In this document: positions 49,420-62,504 of the stretch, piece after piece
Layout of the letters: each line of letters starts with the position of its first letter
Numbering within the stretch: position 1 is the first letter of the stretch
NCBI RefSeq assembly: GCF_009914755.1
Contig: NC_060930.1
Length of the DNA: 64,000 nucleotides
Direction: 5' to 3' (one strand)
DNA from: the human T2T-CHM13v2.0 reference genome, Homo sapiens
Made by a program: the position numbers and the translations under genes
Notes under the pieces: generated by a model
The model's database searches: none
Told to the model about the DNA's origin: nothing
The model's input: only the letters and a program-made list of their open reading frames with translations

Positions 49420-50665
49420 CTCATGCACCCATTGCTGGCAAGGACTTAGAGAAGCTGGAGCTCTCATCACTCATGGGACTGTGGGTCACTGCCATTGCTT
49501 TGGAGCTCCTTTCTAGTCTCCACTACAACTGAACCTTTAGTAAATGGACACCCTGCGGTCCAGCAGCTCCACACCTAGAAACCATGCTCACAGGAATTTT
49601 CCTGGGAGTGCTGCCCTCCTCACAGCCAAAACCTGCTGGAAGCCACATGGATGCCCATCAATAGTAGAGGGATGCCTTCTGTATCCTCCACAGTGAGAAT
49701 CCACACCTACACCCACAGGCAGGAACACGCACAAATCACACACAGGAAACAGCAAGAATCCACACCTGCTAGCGGGAACACATGGAAATCATACCCAGGA
49801 AACAGAATCCACACCTGCAGGCAGGAACACGCACAAATCTCACCCAGGAAACAGTGAGAATCCACACCTGCAGGCGGGAACACGCACAAATCACACACAG
49901 GAAACAGCGAGAATCCACACGTACACCTGCAGGCAGGAACACGTGGAAATCACACACAGGAAACAGTGAGCATCCACACCTGCAGGTGGGAACATGTGGA
50001 AATCACACACAGGAAACAGTGAGAATCCACACCTGTTGGCGGGAACACGCAGAAATCACACCCAGGAAACAGGAAGAATCCACACCTGCAGGCAGGAACA
50101 CGTGGAAATCACACAACAGGAAGCAGCAAGAATCCATGCCTATACTTGCAGGCAGGAACACACACAAATCACACACAGGAAACAGTGAGAATCCACACCT
50201 GCAGGTGGGAACACACGCAAATCACACAGACGAAACAGTGAGAATCCACGCCTACACCTGCAGGCAGGAACACGCGTAAATCACACACAGGAAACAGCGA
50301 GAATCCACACCTGCTGGTGGGAACATGCATAAATCACACACAGGCAACAGTGAGAATTCACATTTGCAGGCAGCAACAAGTGTAAATCACACATAGGAAA
50401 CAGCGAGGAAGAGACCAGAGGCACACGGATCATATTGTTCGATTCTGTCTACAGAAAGTTCAAAATCAGAAAAAACTGATCTGCAACATCAGAAATCAGG
50501 CTGCTCCAGGTGGGAGACAGGGGCACACGGTGACACTCCGGGGAAGGGACCAGCTCCCGGTGGCATCAGGCTTCCTCGCGCAGGTGCTCGGCTGTGTGCT
50601 TTGAGAGCTTCGCATTGTGCACTCAAGATTCATGCTCTTTCCTCTTCAAACACAAAAGTGTATTT
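49420..50665 (+). mobile_element. L1ME-class 3' fragment with internal VNTR
   Basis: Left: GCTGGCAAGGA..GAGAAGCTGGAGCTCTCAT, CCAGCAGCTCCACACCTAG, ATGCCCATCAATAGTAGA. Right: GATTCTGTCTACAGAAAGTTCAAAATCAGAAAAAACTGATCT. The pieces are collinear with the recalled L1ME 3' end. Confidence 0.65.
49689..50406. repeat. Minisatellite, 53/59-bp unit, ~13 copies
   Basis: Unit ACAGTGAGAATCCACACCTGCAGGCAGGAACACGCACAAATCACACACAGGAA. Confidence 0.93.
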
Positions 50666-50848
50666 CCCTGAAGTTACCCCTCTTTTTCTAATCTTTTTAT
50701 TTCGTGCCCTAAAAATGTGTTGTCTTGTCATCATCCTCTAGTACCCAGTCAGAGTGAACAGGCACATCTCCGCAGTTCTCTTTGTGTTTTTCATGATAGA
50801 GGGCATTGTGCGCTCAGGATCTTCACAGAGATCTTTTGATGGTGGTGG

Positions 50849-51223
50849 TGGTAAAAGGAAAACCTTAGACAAATTAAATTGAACAGAGTTTAATTCAGCA
50901 AAGAACACTTCATGAACCAGGCAGCTCAGAACCTTCAGAAAGACTCCAGCATAGCCACGTGGTCAAGATGGTTTATGGACAGAAAAAGGAAAATGAGGCA
51001 TAGAATGCAGGGGTGAGGTACCGAAACTGCCAGATTGGTTACAGCTCTGCATTTCCCTTATTTGAACACAGTTTGAACAGTGGGCCATCTTTGATTGGCC
51101 AAAACTTGGTGATTGGCACAAGAGTAGGTTACAGTCTGTTTACAGATCCAGTTAGGTTACAGTGCACTATGTAGAGAGAAACTTTTCAAATAAGAAAAGA
51201 GGCAACTTTAGGCTAACTTAACA
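50849..51223 (-). mobile_element. MER57-family solo LTR (ERV1)
   Basis: AAAACCTTAGACAAATTAAATT.AACAGAGTTTAATT, TGATTGGCCAAAACTTGGTGATTGGCACAAGAGTAGGTTACAGTCTGTTTACA, end TTTAGGCTAACTTAACA; GTGG on both flanks. Confidence 0.88.
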
Positions 51224-53512
51224 GTGGTGATAGTGATCATGATGATGTTGGTAGTGGTGATGATGATGGTGATGATGATGGTGATGGTGATGATGGTGAT
51301 GGTGATGATGGAGATGGTGGTGATGGTGGTGTTGGTGTCAGTGATGGTGATAGTGATAGTGATGATGATGGTAATCATGGTGGTGGTGATGATGGTGATG
51401 ATGTTGGTTATGATGATGATGGTGATAGTGATATGGTGATGGTGATGATGATGATGATGGTGGTGATGGTGCTGATGGTGCTGATGGTAATGGTGATGGT
51501 GATGATGGGGATGAGGGTGATGGTGGTGGTGGTGATGGTGATGCTGATGGTGATAATGGTGATGGTGAGGTGGTGATGGTGATGATGGTGATGGTAGTGG
51601 TGATAATGGTGATGGTGGTGGTGGCAGTGATGATGGTGATGGTGGTGGTGATGTGGTGATGGTGATGATGGTGATAATGGTGATGGTGGTGATTTGGTGA
51701 TAGTGATAATGGTGGTGGTGATGGTAATGGTAAGGTGGTGATGGTGATAATGGTGATGGTGGTGATTTGGTGATAGTGATAATGGTGGTGGTGATGGTAA
51801 TGGTAAGGTGGTGATGGTGATAATGGTGATGGTGAGGTGGTGGCAATGATGGTGGTGACTGGTGGTGATGTTGTAATGGTGATGATGGTGGTGATGATGG
51901 TGATGGTGGTGGTGGTAGTGATGTGATGGTGGTGGTGGTGGTGGCAGTGATGACGGTGGTGCTGATGTGATGTGATGATGGTGATAATGGTGATGGTGAT
52001 GACAGTGAGGCTGGTGGTGGTGGCAGTGATGATGGTGATGGTGATGATGATGGTGATAATGGTAATAGTGAGGTGGTGATGGTGATAATGGTGATGGTGA
52101 GGTGGTGGCAATGATGGTGGTGACAGTGGTGGTGATGTGGTAATGGTGATGATGGTGGTGATGATGGTGATGGTGATGATGGTGATAATGGTGATGGTGG
52201 TGATTTGGTGATAGTGATAATGGTGGTGGTGATGGTAATGGTAAGGTGGTGATGGTGATAATGGTGATGGTGAGGTGGTGGCAATGATGGTGACAGTGGT
52301 GGTGATGTGGTAATGGTGATGATGGTGGTGATGATGGTGATGGTGGTGGTGGTAGTGATGTGATGGTGGTGGTGGTGGCAGTGATGATGGTGGTGCTGAT
52401 GTGATGTGATGATGGTGATAATGGTGATGGTGATGACAGTGAGGGTGGTGGTGGTGTCAGTGATGATGGTGATGGTGATGATGATGGTGATAATGGTAAT
52501 AGTGAGGTGGTGATGGTGATAATGGTGATGGTGAGGTGGTGGCAATGATGGTGGTGACAGTGGTGGTGATGTGGTAATGGTGATGATGGTGGTGATGATG
52601 GTGATGGTGGTGGTGGTGGCAGTGATGATGGTGGTGCTGATGTGATGATGGTGATAATGGTGATGGTGATGACAGTGAGGGTGGTGGTGGTGTCAGTGAT
52701 GATGGTGATGGTGATGATGATGGTGATAATGGTGATAGTGAGGTGGTGATGGTGATAATGGTGATGGTGGTGGTGGTGGCAGTGATGATGGTGATGGTGG
52801 TGGTGATGTGATGGTGATGATGGTGATGGTGATGATGGTGATTTGGTGATAGTGATAATGGTGATGGTGATGACAGTGAGGGTGGTGGTGGTGGCAGTGA
52901 TGATGGTGATGGTGAGGTGGTGATGATGATGGTGATAATGGTGATAGTGAGGTGGTGATGGTGATAATGGTGATGGTGGTGGTGGTGGCAGTGATGATGG
53001 TGATGGTGGTGGTGATGTGATGGTGATGATGGTGATGGTGATGATGGTAATTTGGTGATAGTGATAATGGTGATGGTGATGACAGTGAGGGTGGTGGTGG
53101 TGGCAGTGATGATGGTGATGGTGATGTGATGGTGATGATGGTGATAATGGTGATAGTGAGGTGGTGATGATGGTGATGGTGGTGGTGATGATGATGGTGA
53201 TGATGGTGATTTGGTGATAGTGATAATGGTGATGGTGCTGATGGTAATGGTGAGGTGGTGATGGTGCTGATGGTGGTGGTGATGGTGAGGTGGTGGCAAT
53301 GATGATGGCGATGGTGGTGGTGATGTGATGGTGGTGATAGGGAAGATGGTGATGGTGGTGGTGGTGGCAGTGATGATGGTGGTGGTGATGGTGGTGATAT
53401 GGTGATGATGGTGATGGTGATGATGGTGATCATGGTGGTGATGTGGTGATGCTGCTGATGATGGTGATAATGGTGATGGTGATGATAGTGATGATGATGG
53501 TGGTGATGATGA
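51224..53512. repeat. (TGG/TGA)n low-complexity trinucleotide tract, ~2.3 kb
   Basis: Mixed GAT/GGT triplets with recurring longer motifs such as GATTTGGTGATAGTGATAATGG and GACAGTGAGGGTGGTGG. Confidence 0.97.
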
Positions 53513-54312
53513 TATTTATCTCAGTGCATGTGACAAAAATGAATTGAGAATACTAATGTGTTTGAATTATTAGATAAAAGATATAATTAAAATTCAAAAT
53601 AGTGTTATTTTATGCCATGCTCCCAGCTCTAGCTGGATTTCTGAATTACAATTTGGATCAGCAATGCAAGAAGAATTATGGCACTCTTTGGGAAAACCAC
53701 AGTATGCCCTTTTCCTACTGCTGGTCACTTTTATTTGTAAACACTTAGCAACAACTGGAAAGGATTTTAGACAGTGAAGCACCTCCTGCGACCCCCTTTT
53801 CATGAGTACATGAGAATTCTTCCCTAGGGATGTCACTGTCAAACACAGACAAACACATACCCACGGCGACAGCCAAGGAACACCTCCCTCATTTCCATTT
53901 TCCACTTGGTTATCCAGAGGGTTAGAAAGAAAGGCGAGGACAAGACCAGAGTGACAGCCCAGAAGCCATGCTCCTGTCAGCACTTCCCAAGCCACAGGCT
54001 GCTTTGTGTGTCTGGGCCCATTTGCATGGGGAGATGGGGCTGGGTTTTGTTTGCAGCAGATACTGGGGGAGCATAACCAGAGGCAGACAGCAAGGCCACA
54101 GCCACAGCAACGGCCCGCCGGAGCCACAGGAGGGGCTGCTGATTCCGGAACTGCAGAAGGTGCCTGCCACCAGCTTCCTGTGGCCCTGGTAGTTTTCATG
54201 ATTCTTGGTGACTGTTGTCTCTGTCTGTGGCAGAGGTGAACCAACAGCTGGCACATGTGGCAAGAGGATGAGACTTAAATGTATTCTCACTTCCAGAACG
54301 TACTGCAGCTAG

Positions 54313-54648
<336 letters not shown>

Positions 54649-54715
54649 TCATCCCCGCCTCATCTGCCTTCTTTAGGTCTTTGTCTTCACGTATTAACCA
54701 ATAAGCATTAAATAA

Positions 54716-55528
<813 letters not shown>

Positions 55529-56711
55529 CTAAGAGACCTTGTCAAACGTCCCATTGTCACTGGCAGGCAGGACTCGGACACTGAGATTAAAGGTGCCCAC
55601 CGTTCCCTTCACAGAACCAGCATCTTCACTCACCGTCGGACGTCCTACCGCTCGGCTTACCTTCCCGGCTCATGCAGCGATCCACGGAGGCCGGGCTACC
55701 GATGAAACCTCACCCACCCCAGAGCTCACCTCCTTTACTTTGGGAAATGGCGGCAGTTCCATCAGCTTCTGGAGAAACAAAGAGAACTCAGGTGAAGTGT
55801 GGAGCCAAGAGCCCAGAGAACCCAGCCACCAGCTCCCTTTCTTCAGACATCTCAGCTTCCCTGGGACTGAGGCCAGCGTGAGCTGGAGATGTTCTCAAGG
55901 CCGCGTTAATCCTTCTCAGAGGCAGCAGTGGAGGGGGCAACGTGGGCTCGACCCAGCAACCAGCTCATCCAGCCCCTCCCGTTTCCTTCCTGCTCTCCTG
56001 AATCTGCCCTTCCTTTAAAGCCGGCACAGGCCAGGCTGGGCTCCAGACGCTGTCCCAGGTGAGCCACGGGGTGTCTGGTGGCGATGCCATGGTCTCAGGC
56101 TGCCGGGGTCCTCTGTGTGGCCCGCTTTCGCCCAGATCACTCACGGCACACCCTGCCTGGCAGGAAAGAGGGGCCCTGCTGCCCCACCCCCATCTCTGAC
56201 AAAGACGCAGGAATCCTTGCGGGCATGCAGACCCAGCACCACTAGGGAAGGTGACACCTCACTGCAGGGACTGCAGGGGACTTGGGCTCAGGGAAGCCCA
56301 CCGTGGTCTGCCCGGGAGGAAGACTGAGGGAGGCCTCAGCTGCTGTCTGGCCACACCCCTGGGGGCAGATTGCTTCTGGGCTACACCCGTGGCCACATGC
56401 AGCCTCCTCCCCACTCCCCACACACACCTGTGTGCACACAAGCGGCTCCACCCTCTGTGGCCAGCTCAGGATACCCCCTGGGGGTGACAGGGTCCCTAGG
56501 TGTAGCCCCACGTGGCAGAACAGCCGCAAGGAGCTGAGCACACGAGCCCAGGGGAGTTTGGTGCAGAGGCCGAGGTAGAGACCTTGTGGGGAGAAATCTT
56601 ACCAGCCAGAGCGAGGGCCGTGCCAGGCCGGGCCTGCCTAGACTGCAGCCTGCCCCAGCACTCGCCTGAGACCTGGAGCTGAACTCCAGCCACACCCGAA
56701 TGTAAAAGGCC

Positions 56712-56731
56712 AGGGTTAGGGTTAGGGTTAG
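56712..56731 (+). repeat. Short telomere-like tract
   Basis: AGGGTTAGGGTTAGGGTTAG. Confidence 0.6.
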
Positions 56732-59707
56732 CCAGCCTGCGGGAAAATCTCTTCTGCGTTAATGCTAAGAAAACACAAAACCCAGCTTGCACTGGGAGCC
56801 CAGCCAGCCCAGGACAGACCACATGCCCTGCGGGGGCTGAGCAGCATCCACCCACCTGGAGGCAATTGGGGCAGAAGGCCCTAATTACAAACGACACGTG
56901 GGACCCTCAGCTGCAGGTTTTCTGACTCCTCCCAGACAGCCAAGACCTGCTCCAGACCCCATGCCCACCTGGGTAAGCATGCAGTCCTCACCCTGGGGGG
57001 GCAGGGAGGGAACACCCCCACTCCACCACCTGGCAGCCTCACACCTACCCAGCCCAGCCCCAATGACAGGATCAGGACACCTGGCTGGGTCCCCAGCCTC
57101 TCGGTGTCTGCTTTTTCTTGAAGCCCAACATTGTCCAGGCCAGGTGCTGACACAGCGGCGGGAACAGAACCCGCCCTGGCACGGACAGCAGGCAGCCCGC
57201 AATGAGGTTAGTGGGAATCTCACCCTGGGGTCACAGAACTGGGGCAGCCAGCCTTGCCAAGGAGGAGCTGGAGGCTCCTGGTGTAGGGGCCTCCCTTCCT
57301 CCCAGCCCGAGATGAGACCACCAGGAGGGGAGGCATGGACCGTATTCCTGGCAACAGGTCCAGGGGACACCCGGTGAGGGGCAGGCCCCCCGCCCCGCCC
57401 CAACAGATGCTCCTGGGCCTTCTGGAGGAGGGTGCAGAACTCAAGGGCAGTGGCCACTGCTTTGCTGCCTTCGTGTGAGGCCGTGAGGTCTACTCGTGAA
57501 GCCCACTCAGTTGACGGCCACATATCCCACCTGAGGTGCAAGTGTTTCCTTGGTGAGAGCTTGTGGCTGTGACCCCCACAAGGAAGCATGGTGCCACCGT
57601 TCCTGCATAAGAAACAGCTGAGTGCATACCAGACCCCGAATATGATTCCACCAAGGCAGCCAGCCCCATCTCCACGCCAGGCCCTCTCCTGTCCTGCCTG
57701 GCCATGCTCTGACCTCTCATGCCCAGTCTGGCTCCTGTCCGCTCGTCCATGGCTGCCTGGATCCCGGGCCCCTTGTCCCTGAGCTGTGTCCCCTTCTTCC
57801 TCATCGGGAGAGGTCCACTTGCCTGCCTTTGGGGTCTCTACTGCCCGGTGAGGTCTGGGATGCTGCATCCTGGCTCCTGATTTATGCCACACAGCCACAC
57901 CGTCACCTCATCGCACGGTGTTATGGAGACTCTGCATTAGCAGTGAAGATGTAACACGTGCAAGGCCCTGGAACTAGAAAATGGGGCAGGAGGAATCCTA
58001 CAGGGGACACCCGAAAGCCCAGCACCCGCAGTAAACTTCTGCTCCTCACAGCCAGCCTGGGAGGGACGTCGACAAGGACACCGTGCTGTGGGGCAGAGGC
58101 ACCAGCCTCGCTGCTGGACTGGCCCTGGGGAGGCTGGTCCCACCATGCATGGTGAGAATAAAAATCCTGTCCTCCAAATTCAAGAAAGGACACACCTGAT
58201 GGTTCTTTGGCCTTAGAAGCTGTGAACAAGTAAAACACAAAGGTGACTTAAGCCCCGTCCCAATGGGTCAGCGACGACACTTCAGAAGCTTCTGAAAGGT
58301 GGGACCTTGCCCTTACCAGAGCGCCCTGCAGGGATCACGCCCCCCTTGCTTCTGAACCTTTGCTGGTTCTGGACTCCACGCTTCCTCAAAGGCTGGGCAA
58401 TATCTGCTTTTCGCTGTGTTCAGAGACCGTGCCTTGGAGATACAGCTCTCTACTGTGCAAGTAATAATTCCCCTTCATTTCAGATGCTGGAATTGATTTC
58501 CTCCTTCCACAATGGCGGGGGGAGGCCAGCCAGGTCACACTTTCCCAGGAGCCAGGCCAGCTGATGGACCCAGGAAGCTGGAGTTGGAGGGCAGCGGAGC
58601 CCCACAGGCTCTTCTGTGCACTGGGAGCAGGGCCCCTGGCTGAGCCAGCAGGACAGGATGGGCTCCAACCTTAGGGAACAGGTCTGGCCCAAACAAGCAG
58701 GTGGCTAAGAGCCTGGTTACACCAGGGGCACAGGGGACAGCTGCAGCTTGAGTGGGAAGGACACTGGGCCGGGCTGGACTGGGGAGAAGAGCAGAGGAGG
58801 TTCTTCATCTGTTCTGGGAATGGAGCCCAGTGTACCTCCAGGGTGCATGCCAGACCCAAGCTGGGGCAGGCAGGTGCACGGAGGCCGAGCTGGCCAGCCT
58901 GTTTGCAGGCACAGGGTTCCCCACTCCAGGTCCAATCCAGGAGCCAGCTACGAGCCCCCTGTTTATTCCAAACAATTTAACATAGATTGCAACTCCAGGT
59001 TAAAAAAAAAAAAGTATTTTGCAATTAGTCACAACAGAGCCATCCTATAGACAAAAAAAACCCATAGTTGAAATGCTAGATAAATACTATTTTCTAAGAG
59101 ACTCTTTCTTCTCAGCCACACCAAGTGAGAGCAATTCAGGTGCTGGACCTCAAGCCTCAGAGAGGATTCTGCTTTTCCTGTAAGTTCAGGGATCTTCTGT
59201 CACCTCCCCACAATGTCGATCCACAGAGCTGCATACAGCAGCTCAGGCCTGGCACACATCGGGCCGGCCTCCTGTCTTCAAGACTCCATCATCACCTCCT
59301 CCGGGGACCTGTCCCAAGCAGCCCCAGGTCTGTCCTCCTAGGGCCCACAGCCACTTGAGGTACAGGGTCCGCGCAGCTTCCTCACTGTTCCTGCCAGACA
59401 GCCAGCGCCGTCCCGACATGACCAGTGCCCAGCATGGCCTGGCACAGCCCAGAGGCACTGTCCATGCTGCTGGGCACGGATGTCACCAATGGCTGGGTGG
59501 GCTGCACGGCCCTGAAGGCAAAGTTCCAGGGTTGAGAACAAATATTTAAAAAAGGAAACCATATCTGGAGCCTACTAAGATTCAAAAAGCTTCATTTTAC
59601 TCCATCTTCTTTCCATCTAACTTGGAAAGTACTGATTTAGGTCTGCAGACACCGGGTAGAATGTTTCACAAACCCTATAAGATTTCAGTGAAGTCTCATG
59701 TGGAACA

Positions 59708-59808
59708 ATCTATGCAGGCCTTTTCTAAATGCCACTGGCGTGAAGGAAGAGCACCTGATCTATGCAGGCCTTTTCTAAATGCCCTTGAGGTGAAGCGTCT
59801 GTCACTTG
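59708..59808. repeat. Two-copy 50-bp tandem duplication
   Basis: ATCTATGCAGGCCTTTTCTAAATGCC at 59708 and 59758. Confidence 0.88.
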
Positions 59809-60418
59809 TGAATGCTCAATCATTTCACATTCTATTTCTCTCTCCTCCCCTTTCCCACCCCCACCCCTCAAAAATTATGAATTTGCGTTTTTATTCTAGG
59901 CAAAAAATAAATAAATAAATAAATAACACTATCTCATGACCTTTTTAAATAAAAAGTCCCTCTTGCATAGAACATACCCGCTCAACAATGTTACAAACCT
60001 GCTTCTGCAGAGCAAGCGCTGCCCTGCTTGGCCCACACCTGGGCCCCACATCCACTCTGGTATAAAACACACAAGCCCGCTACTCACAAAAGTGTCTCCA
60101 GGTCACGCAAGGCCACTAATGAGCAAGTCTCTGCCTGGCTTGCCTGAGCAGGACACAGGTGGTCACCAAACCTAGGAGCATGCATCAGAGGGAGCTTTTC
60201 CAGCAGCACTGAGCTGTCTTCTCACCAAAAATCCCAGCAGTCTTATAATCCATCCCCTTCTCTCTGACCTCTGCACCAAGGACACCCAAGAAGACAACGT
60301 TCCCAGGGTCAGCAGACCATGCCTGTTCACAGACTGGCACATCATCCCATGGAGCAGGAGCTGGAGCCACAGGGCCAGGCCAAAAATGAGGGCGCGCCTC
60401 TGCTCCAGACTTGGCAGC

Positions 60419-61693
60419 AGAGATTCTCAAACCTGCTGTGAGGAGACCCCAGTCTCTGAGATTCTCAAACCTGCTGTGGGGAGACCCCAGTCTCTGAGAT
60501 TCTCAAACCTGCTATGGGGAGACCCCAGTCTCTGAGATTCTCAAACCTACTGTGAGGAGACTGCAGTCTCTGAGATTCTCAAACCCGCTGTGAGGAGACC
60601 CCAGTCTCTGAGATTCTCAAACCTGCTGTGGGGAGACCCCAGTCTCTGAGATTCTCAAACCTGCTATGGGGAGACCCCAGTCTCTGAGATTCTCAAACCT
60701 GCTGTGAGGAGACTGCAGTCTCTGAGATTCTCAAACCCGCTGTGAGGAGACCCCAGTCTCTGAGATTCTCAAACCTGCTGTGGGGAGACCCCAGTCTCTG
60801 AGATTCTCAAACCTGCTATGGGGAGACCCCAGTCTCTGAGATTCTCAAACCTGCTGTGAGGAGACCGCAGCCTCTGAGATTCTCAAACCTGCTGTGGGGA
60901 GACCGCAGCCTCTGAGATTCTCAAACCTGCTGTGGGGAGACCGCAGCCTCTGAGATTCTCAAACCTGCTGTGGGGAGACCGCAGCCTCTGAGATTCTCAA
61001 ACCTGCCGTGGGGAGACCCCAGTCTCTGAGATTCTCAAACCTGCCGTGGGGAGACCGCAGCCTCTGAGATTCTCAAACCTGCTGTGGGGAGACTGCAGCC
61101 TCTGAGATTCTCAAACCTGCTGTGGGGAGACCCCAGTATCTGAGATTCTCAAACCTGCTGTGAGGAGACCTCAGCCTCTGAGATTCTCAAACCCGCTGTG
61201 GGGAGACCCCAGTCTCTGAGATTCTCAAACCCGCTGTGGGGAGACCCCAGTCTCTGAGATTCTCAAACCTGCTGTGGGGAGACTGCAGTCTCTGAGATTC
61301 TCAAACCTGCTGTGAGGAGACCGCAGCCTCTGAGATTCTCAAACCCGCTGTGGGGAGACCCCAGTCTCTGAGATTCTCAAACCTGCTCTGAGGAGACCCC
61401 AGTCTCTGAGATTCTCAAACCTGCTGTGGGGAGACCGCAGTCTCTGAGATTCTCAAACCTGCCGTGGGGAGACCGCAGTCTCTGAGATTCTCAAACGTGC
61501 TGTGGGGAGACACCAGTCTCTGAGATTCTCAAACCTGCTCTGAGGAGACTCCAGTCTCTGAGATTCTCAAACGTGCTGTGGGGAGACCGCAGCCTCTGAG
61601 ATTCTCAAACCTGCTGTGGGGAGACTGCAGTCTCTGAGATTCTCAAACCTGCTGTGGGGAGACCGCAGTCTCTGACATTCTCATACCTGCTGT
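60419..61693. repeat. Minisatellite, 38-bp unit, ~33 copies, internally palindromic
   Basis: Unit GAGATTCTCAAACCTGCTGTGGGGAGACCCCAGTCTCT. Confidence 0.98.
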
Positions 61694-62504
61694 GACATGA
61701 CGTCATCACAATGTGAACCAGTGCATGGGGCAGAGCATGGAGACCACAGGGTTCCTGGGTGAGTCTGGGACAACTGCCACCCTTGGCGACACCTGGCTGG
61801 CAGGACAGATGGGCATTCGCCAAGTGCAGCTAAAGCAGATGGTGCCAGGTCCCCCGGGTGCACCTTGGTAAGAGCGGCTACTCTCTGGCTGTGCCTGTTT
61901 CTCAGAGAGCAAATCAGGAATGAAGAGGGAATGTCCTGGCCACCAGGATAACCCAGGCCCTGCTCTCTTGGGACCACACAGGAGGCAGCCTCTGCAGAGT
62001 GAGGTCCTAGCTGGGGCCACAGCCTTGCCACACCGCAGTCCAGCCGCCCCTCACTCAAGCCGTTCTTCCCAAAGAGGACACGGTGTCTGTCACCAGTGCA
62101 AGCTTTGAAGCCAGGCAGCCTGGACACCCAGCTCCTTTACTGGCCAGCCATGGCCCCTGGGACCAGGGTCTGGAGTCTCCAAGCCTCCATCCTCTCGCCA
62201 TAAGGAGCTGGCGGTGTTTGATCTCTCAGAAAGCTGTGATGACCGAATGCGACATGTGAAGTGCATAGGAAGAGCCTCCACGGAGCAAGCATTTAAAGAT
62301 TTTGGAGACTATTCTAGCAAGAACAAGAGGACAGTCAGCAAACTTCAGGTTGATGGACAAAACTGTTTAAAAATACTTGACAGTATAACTACTTTGCAAC
62401 ATTGGGCATCTCATGTAAAGACGTCAAAGCTATAAAAGCATAAGCCAAAGAGCAGTTTCTTCGTGACAAGGAAGCAGAGAAAACCGCAGCAGTGACACGA
62501 ATGC

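Noticed and set aside
51208-53433. His/Thr/Pro-rich mucin-like or histidine-rich ORFs
   Set aside because: Translation of CCA/TCA triplet low-complexity sequence with frequent frame switches.
60419-61693. CRISPR-like palindromic 38-bp repeat
   Set aside because: Units are head-to-tail with no unique spacers.
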